Positions 23,751 to 37,270 of a DNA stretch of 64,000 bases are shown in pieces; position 1 is the first letter of the stretch, and every line of letters begins with the position of its first letter. Origin of the DNA: Mobula hypostoma (lineage: Eukaryota); contig NC_086118.1 in assembly GCF_963921235.1 (NCBI RefSeq), positions 12,712,001-12,776,000 on the forward strand. The letters run 5' to 3'. The notes beneath the pieces were generated by a model. It worked only from the letters and a program-made list of their open reading frames with translations, was not told where the DNA came from and did not search any database. Both the position numbers and the translations under genes were made by a program.

Positions 23751-26686
23751 CATGTAGGGCTAAGAGAGTTGTAAAAGAGCGCCTGAAGGCTTTGTGTGTC
23801 AATGCAAGGAGCATTCGTAATAAGGTGGATGAATTGAAAGTGCAGCTTGTTATTAATGATTATGATATAGTTGGGATCACAGAGACATGGCTCCAGGGTG
23901 ACCAAGGATGGGAGCTCAACGTTCAGGGATATTCAATATTCAGGAGGGATAGACATGAAGGAAGGGGAGGTGGGGTGGAGTTGCTGGTTAAAGAAGAGAT
24001 TAATGCAATAGAAAGGAAGGACATAAGCCGGGAAGATGTGGAATCGATATGGGTAGAGCTGCGTAACACTAAGGGGCAGAAGACGCTGGTGGGAGTTGTG
24101 TACAGGCCACCTAACTGTAGTAGTGAGGTCGGAGATGGTATTAAACAGGAAATTAGAAATGTGTGCAATAAAGGAACAGCAGTTATAATGGGTGACTTCA
24201 ATCTACATGTAGATTGGGTGAACCAAATTGGTAAAGGTGTTGAGAAAGAGGATTTCTTGGAATGTATGAGGGATGGTTTTTTGAACCAACATGTTGAGGA
24301 ACCAACTAGAAAGCAGGCTATTCTGGACTGGGTTTTGAGCAATGAGGAAGGGTTAATTAGCAATCTTGTCGTGAGAGGCCCCTTGGGTAAGAGTGACCAT
24401 AATATGGTGGAATTCTTCATTAAGATGGAGAGTGACATAGTTAATTCAGAAGCAAAGGTTCTGAACTTAAAGAGAGGTAACTTTGAAGGAATGAGACGTG
24501 AATTAGCTAAGATAGACTGGCAAATGACACTTAAAGGATTGACGGTGGATATGCAATGGCAAGCATTTAAAGGTTGCATGGATGAACTACAACAATTGTT
24601 CATCCCAGTTTGGCAAAAGAATAAATCAAGGAAGGTAGTGCACCCGTGGCTGACAAGGGAAATTAGGGATAGTATCAATTCCAAAGAAGAAGCATACAAA
24701 TTAGCCAGAGAAAGTGGCTCACCTGAGGACTGGGAGAAATTCAGAGTTCAGCAGAGGACAAAGGGCTTAATTAGGAAGGGGAAAAAAGATTATGAGAGAA
24801 AACTGGCATGGAACATAAAAACTGACTGTAAAAGCTTTTATAGATATGTAAAAAGGAAAAGACTGGTAAAGACAAATGTAGGTCCCCTACAGACAGAAAC
24901 AGATGAATTGATTATGGGGAGCAAGGACATGGCAGACCAACTGAATAATTACTTTGGTTCTGTCTTCACTAAGGAGGACATAAATAATCTTCCAGAAATA
25001 GTAGGGGACAGAGGGTCCAGTGAGATGGAGGAACTGAGCGAAATACATGTTAGTAGGAAAGTGGTGTTAGGTAAATTGAAGGGATTGAAGGCAGATAAAT
25101 CCCCAGGGCCAGATGGTCTGCATCCTAGAGTGCTTAAGGAAGTAGCCCAAGAAATAGTGGATGCATTAGTGATAATTTTTCAAAACTCGTTAGATTCTGG
25201 ACTAGTTCCTGAGGATTGGAAGGTGGCTAATGTAACCCCACTTTTTAAAAAAGGAGGGAGAGAGAAACCGGGGAGTTATAGACCGGTTAGCCTAATGTCG
25301 GTGGTGGGGAAACTGCTGGAGTCAGTTATCAAAGATGTGATAACAGCACATTTGGAAAGCGGTGAAATCATCGGACAAAGTCAGCATGGATTTGTGAAAG
25401 GAAAATCATGTCTGACGAATCTCATAGAATTTTTTGAGGATGTAACTAGTAGAGTGGATAGGGGAGAACCAGTGGATGTTGTATATTTGGATTTTCAAAA
25501 GGCTTTTGACAAGGTCCCACACAGGAGATTAGTGTGCAAACTTAAAGCACACGGTATTGGGGGTAAGGTTTTGATGTGGATGGAGAATTGGTTAGCAGAC
25601 AGGAAGCAAAGAGTGGGAATAAACGGGACATTTTCAGAATGGCAGGCGGTGACTAGTGGGGTACCGCAAGGCTCAGTGCTGGGACCCCAGTTGTTTACAA
25701 TATATATTAATGACTTGGATGAGGGAATTAAATGCGGCATCTCCAAGTTTGCGGATGACACGAAGCTGGGTGGCATGTGTTAGCTGTGAGGAGGATGCTA
25801 AGAGGATGCAGAGTGACTTGGATAGGTTGGGTGAGTGGGCAAATTCATGGCAGATGCAATTTAATGTGGATAAATGTGAAGTTATCCACTTTGGTGGCAA
25901 AAATGGGAAAACAGATTATTATCTGAATGGTGGCCGATTAGGAAAAGGGGAGGTGCAGTGAGACCTGGGTGTCATTATACACCAGTCATTGAAAGTGGGC
26001 ATGCAGGTACAGCAGGCGGTGAAAAAGGCAAATGGTATGCTCGCATTTATAGCGAGAGGATTCGAGTACAGGAGCAGGGAGGTACTACTGCAGTTGTACA
26101 AGGCCTTGGTGAGACCACACCTGGAGTATTGTGTGCAGTTTTGGTCCCCTAATCTGAGGAAAGACATCCTTGCCATAGAGGGAGTACAAAGAAGGTTCAC
26201 CAGATTGATTCCTGGGATGGCAGGACTTTCATATGAAGAAAGACTGGATGAACTGGGCTTGTACTCGTTGGAATTTAGAAGATTGAGGGGGGATCTGATT
26301 GAAACGTATAAAATCCTAAAGGGATTGGACAGGCTAGATGCAGGAAGATTGTTTCCGATGTTGGGGAAGTCCAGAACAAGGGGTCACAGTTTGAGGATAA
26401 AGGGGAAGCCTTTTAGGACCGAGATTAGGAAAAACTTCTTCACACAGAGAGTGGTGAATCTGTGGAATTCTCTGCCACAGGAAACAGTTGAGGCCAGTTC
26501 ATTGGCTATATTTAAGAGGGAGTTAGATATGGCCCTTGTGGCTACGGGGATCAGGGGGTATGGAGGAAAGGCTGGGGCGGGCTTCTGAGTTGGATGATCA
26601 GCCATGATCATAATAAATGGCGGTGCAGGCTCGAAGGGCCAAATGGCCTACTCCTGCACCTTTTTTCTATGTTTCTATGTTTCTAT
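23751..26686 (+). mobile_element. Young CR1 (family A) with near-complete ORF2 (APE endonuclease + RT)
   Basis: [43 protein letters not shown]. One +1 frameshift near 25776 and a premature TGA at 25959-25961. Confidence 0.96.
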
Positions 26687-26779
26687 TTGTGTGTATATCT
26701 ATCTATATATCTATCTCAGACAAACATAACCACAAGCAGACACACTGAACAGCTGTGTGTGTGGTTATATTTGTCTGAA

Positions 26780-27090
26780 TCTGGAAAGCTCCAGAAAATC
26801 GTCTGAATTATTTGAATAGTAGCTTTCTGATTGGTTGACTCTTATCTGCAAATCTGAATAGAATGTTTCTTATCTATGTGTGTAAAAGCTTACTACACGG
26901 CAGTATCATTTTTACCTTTTAGTCCTTGTTCTGCCTTCTGCCACTAGTTTCTGTTCTTGTTACTGTCTGTTTTTCAACCTTCTTTGTTCTATTAACACTT
27001 TGTTTTCCAAAAAGATCATGAAACGTCAAGTTTTGTGCCTCTTTCCAGATTTCCAAAAGAACATTGGATTAAAAACATCAGAATCCAACA
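26780..27090 (+). mobile_element. Putative ERV 5' LTR (3' part)
   Basis: Ends CCAACA just before a PBS-like motif; contains CTGATTGG. The 5' boundary is uncertain. Confidence 0.45.
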
Positions 27091-27093
27091 ATT

Positions 27094-27111
27094 TGGTGTA
27101 GTAGCAAGTCT
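27094..27111 (+). promoter_or_regulatory. Degenerate primer binding site, tRNA-Ser-like
   Basis: TGGTGTAGTAGCAAG, three nt after the LTR-like CA; resembles TGGCGTAGTCGGCAGG. Confidence 0.5.
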
Positions 27112-27124
27112 AGTTGCGTAGCTT

Positions 27125-28162
27125 CCCTGGTATCATGGATTCTTGATTACCTGACTGGCAGACCACAGTACGTGTGCTTGCAACACTGTGTGTCTGACAG
27201 AGTGATCAGCAGCACTGGGGCTCCACAGCGGACTGTCTTGTCTCCCTTTCTCTTCACCATTTACACCTCGGACTTCAACTAATGCACAGAGTCTTGTCAT
27301 CTTCAGAAGGGATGACTCTGCCGTAGTTGGATGCATTAGCAAGGGAGATGAGGCTGAGTACAGGGCTACGGTAGGAAACTTTGTCACATGGTGTGAGCCG
27401 AATTATCTGCTGCTTAATGTGAAAAAGACTAAGGAGCTGGTGGTAGACCTGAGGAGAGCTAAGGTACCAGTGACCCCTGTTTCCATCCAGCGGGTCAGTG
27501 TGGACATGGTGGATGATTACAAATACCTGGGGATACGAATTGTCAATAAACTGGACTGGTCAAAGAACACTGAGGCTGTCTACAAGAAGGGTCAGAGCCG
27601 TCTCTATTTCCTGAGGAGACTGAGGTCCTTTAACATCTGCCGGATGATGCTGAGGATGTTCTACGAGTCTGTGGTGGCCAGTGCTATCATGTTTGCTGTT
27701 GTGTGCTGGGGCAGCAGGCTGAGGGTAGCAGACACCAACAGAATCAACAAACTCATTCGTAAGGCCAGTGATGTTGTGGGGATGGAACTGGACTCTCTGA
27801 CGGTGGTGTTTGAAAAGAGGATGCTGTCCAAGTTGCATGCCATCTTGGACAATGTCTCCCATCCACTACATAATGTACTGGTTGGGCACAGGAGTACATT
27901 CAACCAGAGACTCATTCCACCGAGATGCAGCACAGAGCGTCATAGGAAGTCATTCCTGCCTGTGGCCATCAAACTTTACAACTCCTCCCTTGGAGGGTCA
28001 GACACCCTGAGCCAATAGACTGGTCCTGGACTTATTTCCTGGCATAATTTACATATTACTATTTTAACTATTTATGGTTTTATTACTATTTATTATTTAT
28101 GGTGCAACTGTAATGAAAACCAATTTCCCCCGAGATCAATAAAGTATGACAATGACTATGAC
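27125..28162 (+). mobile_element. Rex1/Babar LINE, 5'-truncated, same family as 1172-2312
   Basis: ORF 27419-28018 is near-identical to the minus copy; (TATGAC)n tail. Confidence 0.92.
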
Positions 28163-29177
28163 TAAGGACTTGGAAGAATTGCAGATGAAGTAGAAATTTT
28201 TCGTGTGCAAACAAAGGAGTTAAGAAATTGTCTGAGACAACTTGACAACTTGGCTTCAATACATCATTGGAATTAGAAGTGAGAAACTGCAACATTGCTA
28301 TTTTAATAAAACAGGAATATAAAAATTAAATACTCAAGCCAATGGAGCCAGTAGAAAATAATTTTGAAAGCAAGCTAGTAGAGCATTAATAATTAAATGC
28401 TTACAAGCGGTGAAGTCATGTGTGAGCCAATGGAACTCAAAAAGCATTAAATACGTGCAGGCTCGTGTAACGTGGGGTGAAAAAATATAAATACTGTATG
28501 TACAAACAGTGGAGGCACAATATGTGCAAGCCAGTGGAGTATGTGTGAAAACTTTGGGTTGAAGGGCAACCTATTAATGTTTTGGCTGTCATCTATTAAT
28601 ACTTCAAGATCATGGTCAAAGTAATAAAATAGTGGGTACAATTAAACCAAAATGTCTGCGTTAACTGAACAAGCAAAAAAGAACACAATGAATGTTATCA
28701 ACTCGATGTGCAGTGTATAAAGTTTCAAAGTCAGCTGAGTCGCTGTCAAAGAACTGAACAGGACCTCAGGTGGACGGTTCTGCCAGCCCAGCGGGCGGTA
28801 CTTACAGTGACACTTCTGCTGATGATGCCAGTGATGCTTCTACTAAAGCTTCACCCTGGGAAACACTCCCTACATTGGACTGTACCCTGACACAGTGACA
28901 CCATGCCAACTCCGAAGAACGACAGCCAACATCGGACAGTCCTCCGAGACAGCAACACGTTTGAACTATGTGCAACTACAGGATGGCCATTATATGGACT
29001 CCACAGAAACTCCTTGTGACTCAAGTGAGGATGACAGTGATGAAGCAAAAAGATGACAGTGATGAAACAATAAGCAATTTTCCAGCTTCCTCCAATAAAG
29101 ACCAAGGAAGTGAAGACATGTACAATAGGACTGAAGATGAGGCCATTGCTAATCAATGCATTGGGAAGCTAACCATT

Positions 29178-29537
29178 CCAGTGGCAGATCCATCAACTGT
29201 TGTTCAACCACTTAACAATCTGCCGAAAGGCAGTAAGTGATCAGACATTTTTGTAACTCTTAATGAAGAACAACTGAAAGTGTTTTAAAGTTTAAAGCTC
29301 ACAATGGGTATTGCAGCTGCATTAGGAATCTCCAATACTAGGATAACGTAGCATTAGGATGGAGTCTGACTGTCACCAGTGCAGGCAATCTATGTGGCAG
29401 TCATGGCTGTTTATAGCATCATGCTTGATCAAACTGTAAATATTCGATATTCACTCTCGGGACACACTTTATTGACTATGAATAGGGCCTCTCAAGTAAC
29501 AGCTACCTGGTGGTTCAAATCGTCTACTGTCCCTGAG
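29178..29537 (+). pseudogene. pol: ERV pol fragment (RT thumb/connection)
   Basis: DPSTVVQPLNNLPKG..TLNEEQLKVF*SLKLTMGIAAALGI, DNVALGW, TLLTMNRASQVTATWW. Confidence 0.7.
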
Positions 29538-32500
29538 ATAGAAACATAGAAACATACAGCACAATACAAGCTTTTCGGCCCTCAAAGCTGTGCTGAACTT
29601 GTCCCTAACTTAGAACTATCTAGGCTTTACCCATAGCCCTCTATTTTTTTAAGCTCCATGTAGCCGTCCAGGAGCCTCTTAAAAGACCCTATTGTTTCCG
29701 CCTCCACCGTCGCTGCCAGCAGCCCATTCCACGCACTCACTACTCTCTGTGTAAAAAAACTTAACCCTGACATCTCCTCTGTACCTACTTCCAAGCACCT
29801 TAAAACTATGCCCTCTCATGCTAGCCATTTCAGCCTTGGTGAAAAGCCTCTGACTATCCACATGATCAATGCCTCTCATCACCTTGTACACCTCTATCAG
29901 GTCACCTCTCATCCTCTGTCACTCCAACGAGAAAAGGCTGAGTTCACTCAATCTATTCTCATAAGGCATGATCCCCAATCCAGGCAACATCCTCGTAAAT
30001 CTCCTCTGCACTCTTTCTATGGTTTCCATGTCCTTCCTATAGTGAGGCGACCACAATTGAGCACAGTACTCCAAGTGGGGTCTGACTAGGGTCCTATATA
30101 GCTGCAACATTACCTCTCGGCTCTCAAACTCAATCCTACGATTGATGAAGGCCAATACATTGTGTACCTACTTAACCACAGAGTCAACCTGCGTAGCAGC
30201 TTTGAGTGTCCTATGGACTCGGGCCACAAGATCTCTCTGATCCTCCACACTGCCAAGAGTCTTACCATTAATACCATATTCTGCCATCATAATTGACCTA
30301 CCAAAATGAACCACACTTATCTGGGTTGAACTTCATCTGCCACTTCTCTGCCCAGTTTTGCATCCTATCTATGTCCCGTTGTAACCTCTGACAGCCCTCC
30401 ACAGTATCCACAACACCCCCAACCTTTGTGACATCAGCAAATTTACTAATCCGTCCCCCCACTTCCTCACCCAGGTCATTTATAAACATCACAAAGAGTC
30501 GGGGTCCCAGAACAGATCCTTGAGGCACACCACTGGTGACCGACCTCCATGCAGAATATGATCTGTCTACAACCACTCTTTGCCTTCTGTGGGCAAGCCA
30601 GTTCTGGATCCACAAAGCAATGTTCCCTTGGATCCCGTGTCTCCTTGCTATCTCAATAAGGTTTGCATGGGGTACCTTATCAAATACCATGCTAAAATCC
30701 ATATACACTACATCTACGGCTCTACTTGCATCAATGTGGTTAGTCACATCCTCAAAAAATTCAATCAGGCTCAAAGGCACAACCTGCCTTTGACAAAGGC
30801 ATGCCTAATCATATTATGCCTCTCCAAATGCTCATAAATCCTGCCTCTCAGGATCTTCTCCATCAACTTACTAACCACTGAAGTAAGACTTACTGGCCTA
30901 TAATTTCCTGGGCTATTCCTACTCCCTTTCTTGAATAAGGGAACAACATCCATAACCCCGCAATCCTCCAGAACCTCTCCCATCCTTATTGATGATGCAA
31001 TGATCATTGCCAAAGGCTCAGCAATCTCTTGCCTCGCTTCCCACAGTAGCCTGGTGTATATCTCGTCTAGTCCCAGCGACTTATCCAACTTGATACTTTC
31101 CAAAAACTTCAGCACATCCCCTTTCTTAATATCTACATTCTCAAGATTTTCAATCCACTGCAAGTCATCCCTACAATCGCCAAGATCCTTTTCTGTAGTG
31201 AATACTGGAGCAAAGTATTCATTAAGTACCTCCGCTATTTCCTCCGGTTCCATACACACTTTTCCATTGTCACACTTGATTGGTCCTATTCTCTCATATC
31301 TTATCCTCCTGCTCTTCAAATACTTGTAGAATGCCTTGGGGTTTTCCTTAATCCTGTCTGCCAATGCCTTCTCATGGCGCCTTCTGGCTCTCCTAATTTC
31401 ATCCTTAAGCTCTTTCTTGCTAGCCTTATAATCTTCTAGATTCATATCATTACCTAGTTTTTCGAACCTTTCGTAAGCTCTTCTATTCTTCTTGACAAGA
31501 TTTACAACAGCCTTTGTGCACCACGGATCTTGTACCCTACCATCCTTTCCATGTCTCATTGGAACGTACCTATGCAGAACACCACGCAAATATCCCCTGA
31601 ACATTTGCCACATTTCTTCCCTGAGAACATCTGTTTCCAATTTATGCTTCCAAGTCCCTGCCTGATAGCCTCATAGTTCCCCTTATTCCAGTTAAACTTT
31701 TTCCTAACTTGTCTGTTCCTATCCCTCTCCAATGCTATGGTAAAGGAGACAGAATTGTGATCACTATCTCCAAAATGCTCTCCCACTGAGAAACCTGACA
31801 CCTGACCAGGTTCATTTCCCAATACCAGAGCAAGTACAGCCTCTCCTCTTGTAGGTTTATCTGCATATTGTGTCAGGAAAGCTTCCTGAACCCACCTAAC
31901 AAACTCCACCCCATCTAAACCCCTCGCTCTAGGGACATGCCAATCAATATTTGGGAAATTAAAATCTTCCACCACAACAACCCTGTTATTATTACTCCTT
32001 TCTAGAATATGTCTCCCTATCTGCTCCTCGATGTCCCTGTTACTATTGGGTGGTCTATAAAAACACCCAGTAGTGTTATTGACCCCATCCTATTCCTAAC
32101 TTCCACCCACAGAGACTCTGTAGACAATCCCTCCATGAATTCCTCCTTTTCTGCAGCCGTGACACTATCTCTAATCAACAGTGCCATGCCCCCACCTCTT
32201 TTGTCTCCTTCCCTGTCTTTTCTGAAACATCTAAAGGCTGGCACTTGAAGTAGCCATTCCTGCCCCTGCATCATCCAAGTCTCTGTAATGGCCACTACAT
32301 CATAGCTCCAAGTGTTGATCTATGCTCTAAGCTCATCTGCTTTATTCATGATACTCCTCGCATTAAAATGGACACATCTCAAACCACTGGACTGAGCGCG
32401 TCCCTTCTCTATCAGCTGCCTATTCTCCCTTTCACACTGTCTCCAAACTTTCTCTATTTGTGAGCCAACCTCCCCTTCCTCCGTCACTTCAGTTCGGTTC

Positions 32501-33754
32501 CCCCCCCCCCAAGCAATTCTAGTTTAAACTCTCCCCAAGAGCCCTAGCAAACCTCCCCGCCAGGATATTGGTCCCCCTCAGATTCAAGTGCAAACGGTCC
32601 TTTTTGTAGAGGTCACACCTGCCCCAGAAGAGGTCCCAATGATCCAGAAATCTGTATCCCTGCCCCCTGCTCCAATCCCTCAGCCACGCATTTATCCTCC
32701 ACCTCATTCTATTCCTATACTCACAGGCAGTAATCCTGAGATTACTATCTTTGAGGTCCTGCTTCTCAACTTCTTTCCTAATTCCCTGTAATCTTTTTTC
32801 AGGACCTCCTCCATCTTCCTATCTATGTTGTTGGTCCCAATATGTACCATGACCTCTGGCTGTTCTCCTTCCTTCTTCAAGATAGTGAGGACCCAATCAG
32901 AAACGTCCTGTACCCTGGCACCTGGGAGGCAAACTACCACCCACGTTTCTTTCCTGCATCCACAGAATCACCCATCTGACCCCCTAACTACAGAGTCCCC
33001 TATCACTGCTGCCATCCTCTTCCTTTCCCTACCCATATGAGCCACACGGCCAGACTCTGTGCCAGAGGCGCGACCACTGTTGCTTCCCCCAGGTATGCCA
33101 TACCCCCCAACAGTACTCAAGCAGGAATACTTATTGTTAAGGGGGACAGCCACTGAGGTATTCTCTAGTGCCTGTTTCTTGCCCTTCCCTCTCCTAACTG
33201 TTACCTACTTCTCTGTCTTCTGCGGTCCCAAAGTGACTACCTGCCTATAGCTCCTCTCTGTGACCTCCTCACTCTCCCTGACCAGACGAAGGTCATTGAC
33301 CTGCATCTCCAGTTCCCTAAGGCGGTCTCTAAGGAGCTGCAACTCGACACACCTGGTGCAGATGTGGTCGGCCGAGAGTCTCTAGGACCTCCCACATCTG
33401 ACACTGAACACAGAAAACCAGCCTCACACACATACTCTCTGTCTTTATTTTAAACAGATAACCTACCTGGCCTTGGCCCTTTAATCACAGAAACTCCATT
33501 GAGCCAAAGCCTTCCTACTCTGTCTCCCACTATTCTGATGCCTGCTCTGTAAATCTGTCTTCCTTTTAAACTCTTCCCGCTGTTCTCACTGGCCGACTTC
33601 CACATGCTTGCGCAGTTGTACCCTGTTTAAACTGCTGAAGAAATAACTGTCACCTTTTCAACTCTGCTCACTTTTAATCTCTTCCTGCTGTTCTCACTGG
33701 CCGACCTCCACGTGCTTGCGCAGTCGTGCCCCATACAAACTGCTGAAGAAATAG
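29538..33754 (-). mobile_element. Near-full-length decayed CR1 (family B): ORF1 zinc-finger/SGNH esterase + ORF2 APE/RT
   Basis: ORF1 motifs VIGDSVVR, CLPGARVQDV, HIGTN, DRLHLN. ORF2 motifs [31 protein letters not shown]. Tail at 29538; many frameshifts. Confidence 0.95.
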
Positions 33755-34995
33755 GTACCCAATATCATCATTCAACAAGCAAGTCCAGAAAATGCAGCTA
33801 CACTGTTATCGTTGGACATGGAAGACTATGATGGCCACAACTGTGCAAGGACAACAATATTCCATGAAGATGCAAACTATTACAAAGAAACACCTTTATC
33901 AACTCCAGATCTAATTCTGTACACTGATGGCTCCTCATCTATTGAGGGAAGAATTTGAATGGCTGTATGGGTACTTGTTTCTGAACCTGAAGAGCTGGCA
34001 TCAAGAAACAGGGCTCCTGGCACATCTGTGCAACAGGCAGAACTAAAAGCTTTGTTTGAAGCCTGTAAGTTGGCAGAAGGAAGATCAGCTACCATCTTCA
34101 CTGATTCTCGATATGCTTTGGAAGTTGTTCATGATTTTGAAAACTTATGGAGACAAAGAGGATTTATTACAGCAACCCCAATCAAGAATACCCAATTAGT
34201 ACATGAACTTATGGATGTCATTCGACTGCTGTCAGCAGTTGTTGTATTAAAATGTAAAAGCCGCTCTAAAGTGACAAGGGGAAGCCATGAAAATGCACTT
34301 GTGGATGAAACTGCAAAAAGGGCAGCAGGGGAATGGGTAAAAGAAGTAACAAAGGTCAAAGAAATAAAAGAAGTACCAAGAAGACAACTGGAATTATACA
34401 ATTATAGAAACGAAGTTGAACTCGTTATCACAGATGAACATAAAAAATATTTGAGATGCAACCTCAAAGCTCTAAACAGAAAAAGTGTTTCTGAGTAGAG
34501 AATGGTGAGAGATTAAACAGTGTTGGAGTATGGAGATATGGCTCCTGTCATATGCCATAGTTCTAACTATGTTTCTTCCCTGTCTGGCACAGCAGATACA
34601 CTCCCTAGCACACATTGGAGTGCAAACGATGATCGACAGATTCTCCCTGTGTTGGGAGAATCCAGAGATCATGGCACAAGCTTGACAAATCTATGAAAGA
34701 CGCATGACATGCCAGAAAATAGTTTAAGGAGCATTGGAAAATATATCACAACTGAATGTTCTTCCCCACCTGGTCTATCTTTATATTTTACAAGTGGGCT
34801 ATATTTCTTTACCGAAGTATTAAGGACAATCAGACGTACTGGTAGTAGTGGAACAAGTTTTCCAGATGGGTGGAAGCTATTCCAGCAACGAAAACCACTG
34901 CCACATAAACAGCAAACACTCTGATCAAAGATTATATTCCTACATAGATGGTGATTGTCATGTCGTATCAACTCTGACCAAGGAACACATTTGGC
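33755..34995 (+). pseudogene. pol: ERV pol fragment (RNase H + integrase N-terminal half), class I gamma/epsilon-like
   Basis: PNIIIQQASPENAATLL, DLILYTDGS, SVQQAELKAL, IFTDSRYA, WRQRGF, integrase H-x3-H (IHSLAHIG), FSRWVEAIP, NSDQGTH. Confidence 0.9.
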
Positions 34996-35164
34996 TCATT
35001 AGTAAGGTGAGAGAGGGAGGGTTATGAGGCATTTGTTTTTCTTCATGGGGGGAATGGAAGTTGCCAGCTCATGCTATCTGGTGAAATGGTGAAAACAGAT
35101 AAAATACCTATGTTTAGATAGCCACATTAACAGGCAAGGAATGGAGGGATACAAATTAATAAAA

Positions 35165-35930
35165 GCAAATATGCTAAACACCTTCTTTACCACCTTACCT
35201 ACTTGCGCAGACACTTTCAGGGCCTAATGGACTTGAACCCCAAGATCCCCTGTACATGAATGCTTCTAAGGATTCCTGCCATTTTTGTCCTCTTTCTTCT
35301 TGCATTTGACCTCCTAAATTGTAACATCTCACACTTGTCAAGATTAAACACCATTTCTCTGCCCAGATTTCCAGCTGGTCTCTATCCTGCTGTGACTTTT
35401 GACAATGTTCCAAATGATCCAGAGCTCCACTGATTTTGCAATTTCTGCAAAGTTACCCATCAAACCACCTACATTTTCATCCAGATCATTTGTATACATC
35501 ACAAATGACAGAAGTCCAGACACTGATCCTTTACATTCTTATCCCATTATCACTCACTCTCTTCACCCTTTCATTCATTTTATGCCATTTAATATTTCCT
35601 ACTATTTACCATAAAACTATAAGATATAAAATCAGAATTGGGTCATTCATCCTATTGAATCAGAGCTGATTTTTTTTTTCAAATCCATTCTCCTGCATAC
35701 TCCTCAAAACTCTTAACTCTCTTATCCATAAACAACCTATCAATCTCTGCCTTAGATATACCTAATGATTTTCCCTCCACAGCCCTTGGTGGTGACAAAT
35801 TTCACAGATTCATTGCTTTCTAGCTGAAGAAATTCCTCCTCATCTCAGTCCTAAAGAGATGTTCCTTTCACCTGAGGCTGAGACTCCACTGTTCCTCTAT
35901 ATTCACTCTATTATAGTTCTTCCATACTGT
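35165..35930 (-). mobile_element. Decayed CR1 fragments
   Basis: DRDQLEIWAEKW motif and a CR1 3' end with a CCATAA-type tail near 35607. Confidence 0.6.
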
Positions 35931-35952
35931 TTGCTGCTCCATCACTTCCCAG

Positions 35953-36815
35953 ATTCAAGATTCAAGTTTATTTATCACACGTACATCGAAATATTCCATG
36001 AAATGCATCATTTGCATTAGCAACCAAAGCACCCGAGGGTGTGCTAGGAGTAGCCTGCAAGTGTTGCCACATGTTCTGACGTCAACATAGTATACCCAGA
36101 ATGTACAGCATACCAATGCAGAATGCAACAAGCAGGAGATTACAACAGCAAAAACAAGCCCTCTCACCCAAGCGCATAACACAGGCCTCCAACAGACGTG
36201 TCCCGGGTCTGCAGGAAATGGGCTTTGACCTCCCCAAGCAAGTCAGAGATTCGTAGACTCAGCCTCAAAAGGCCTCAAATTCTGGATTTCCAATTCAACA
36301 CTCTGGCCTTGATCCTCATCATCGATATGATGACATGCCTATCACAGAACACTAGGCCTCAAACTCCAGACTCGCAGATGACGGGATCCCAAGCACCAGG
36401 CCTCGATCTCAGGTCTCACTGATTCACAATCCCGGGACGGGGTGGGGGGGGGGGGTCATCAGAACTTTTTCCCCCAGCCTGCATGGAACATGCCGACTAC
36501 TTGCTGACCGGGTGGGGGGGGGGGGGCTGCAGAGGGGGTTGTGGTGGGGTGCGCTCAGCTACTGTTTGCCGGTTCAGCACCTGACTTCCGACCCCGGATT
36601 GCTGGTCTTTGAATGTGGAGTGGAGATTTAGACTACAGCCTGTATTCTAAATCTCCCATGTACCTATTCTGAAACTCTAACCTGACCGCCAACTCTCCTC
36701 TCCATCCCCAAAACCATCCATCCCTATGAACCTAAAACACAGTCAAAAATTAAACAATTAAATAATTAAAAACAACTAAATCTGAGCAATGACTCATTGG
36801 AGTTTGCTGCTCAGG
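35953..36815 (-). mobile_element. Non-autonomous LINE-derived repeat
   Basis: (ATTCAAG)n-TTTATT tail of the Rex-type 3' ends seen elsewhere in the window; G-rich interior. Confidence 0.4.
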
Positions 36816-37022
36816 GCTATCTTGGAATGATTTGTTGACCTGAAATGTAAACTCTGTTATTCTTGTTCCACAGATGCTGTCTGGCCTGGTGAGTGCTTTT
36901 AGTACTTTCTGTTTCAGTTTCAAGCAATCCCAAGATCATGGATCTAGAGAAAAGGCAATGCTTCTGTTGAAATTGATTGGATGTGTACCAGAGAGATGAG
37001 TACATGGGTGTGTATTGTCACA

Positions 37023-37260
37023 GTGGCATGACATGTAATGCTGTTGCCTCACAGATCCAACAGCTCAAGTTCCATCCTAACCTCTGTGGCTGCCTTCATG
37101 AAGTTCACATACTTCTGACTGCAAATCTGTGTATTATTTTTCAGATGCTCTGGTTTCCTCCCACATATCAAAGATGTGTTGGAAAGTTGGATAATTGGCC
37201 ACTGTAACTTAACCTTCATGGAATAAGATGGCAGCAGAATGTGAGTAGAATTGATGAAGA
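37023..37260 (+). mobile_element. Decayed V-SINE
   Basis: GCTCTGGTTTCCTCCCACATATCAAAGA and AATTGGCCACTGTAA core. Confidence 0.55.
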
Positions 37261-37270
37261 AGTCAGACAC

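Noticed and set aside
23923..24699. 258-aa antisense ORF and similar antisense ORFs over CR1 copies
   Set aside because: Shadow frames of LINE ORF2 with no independent motifs.
36434..36550. G-quadruplex regulatory element
   Set aside because: G-runs lie inside a decayed repeat; there is no evidence of function.
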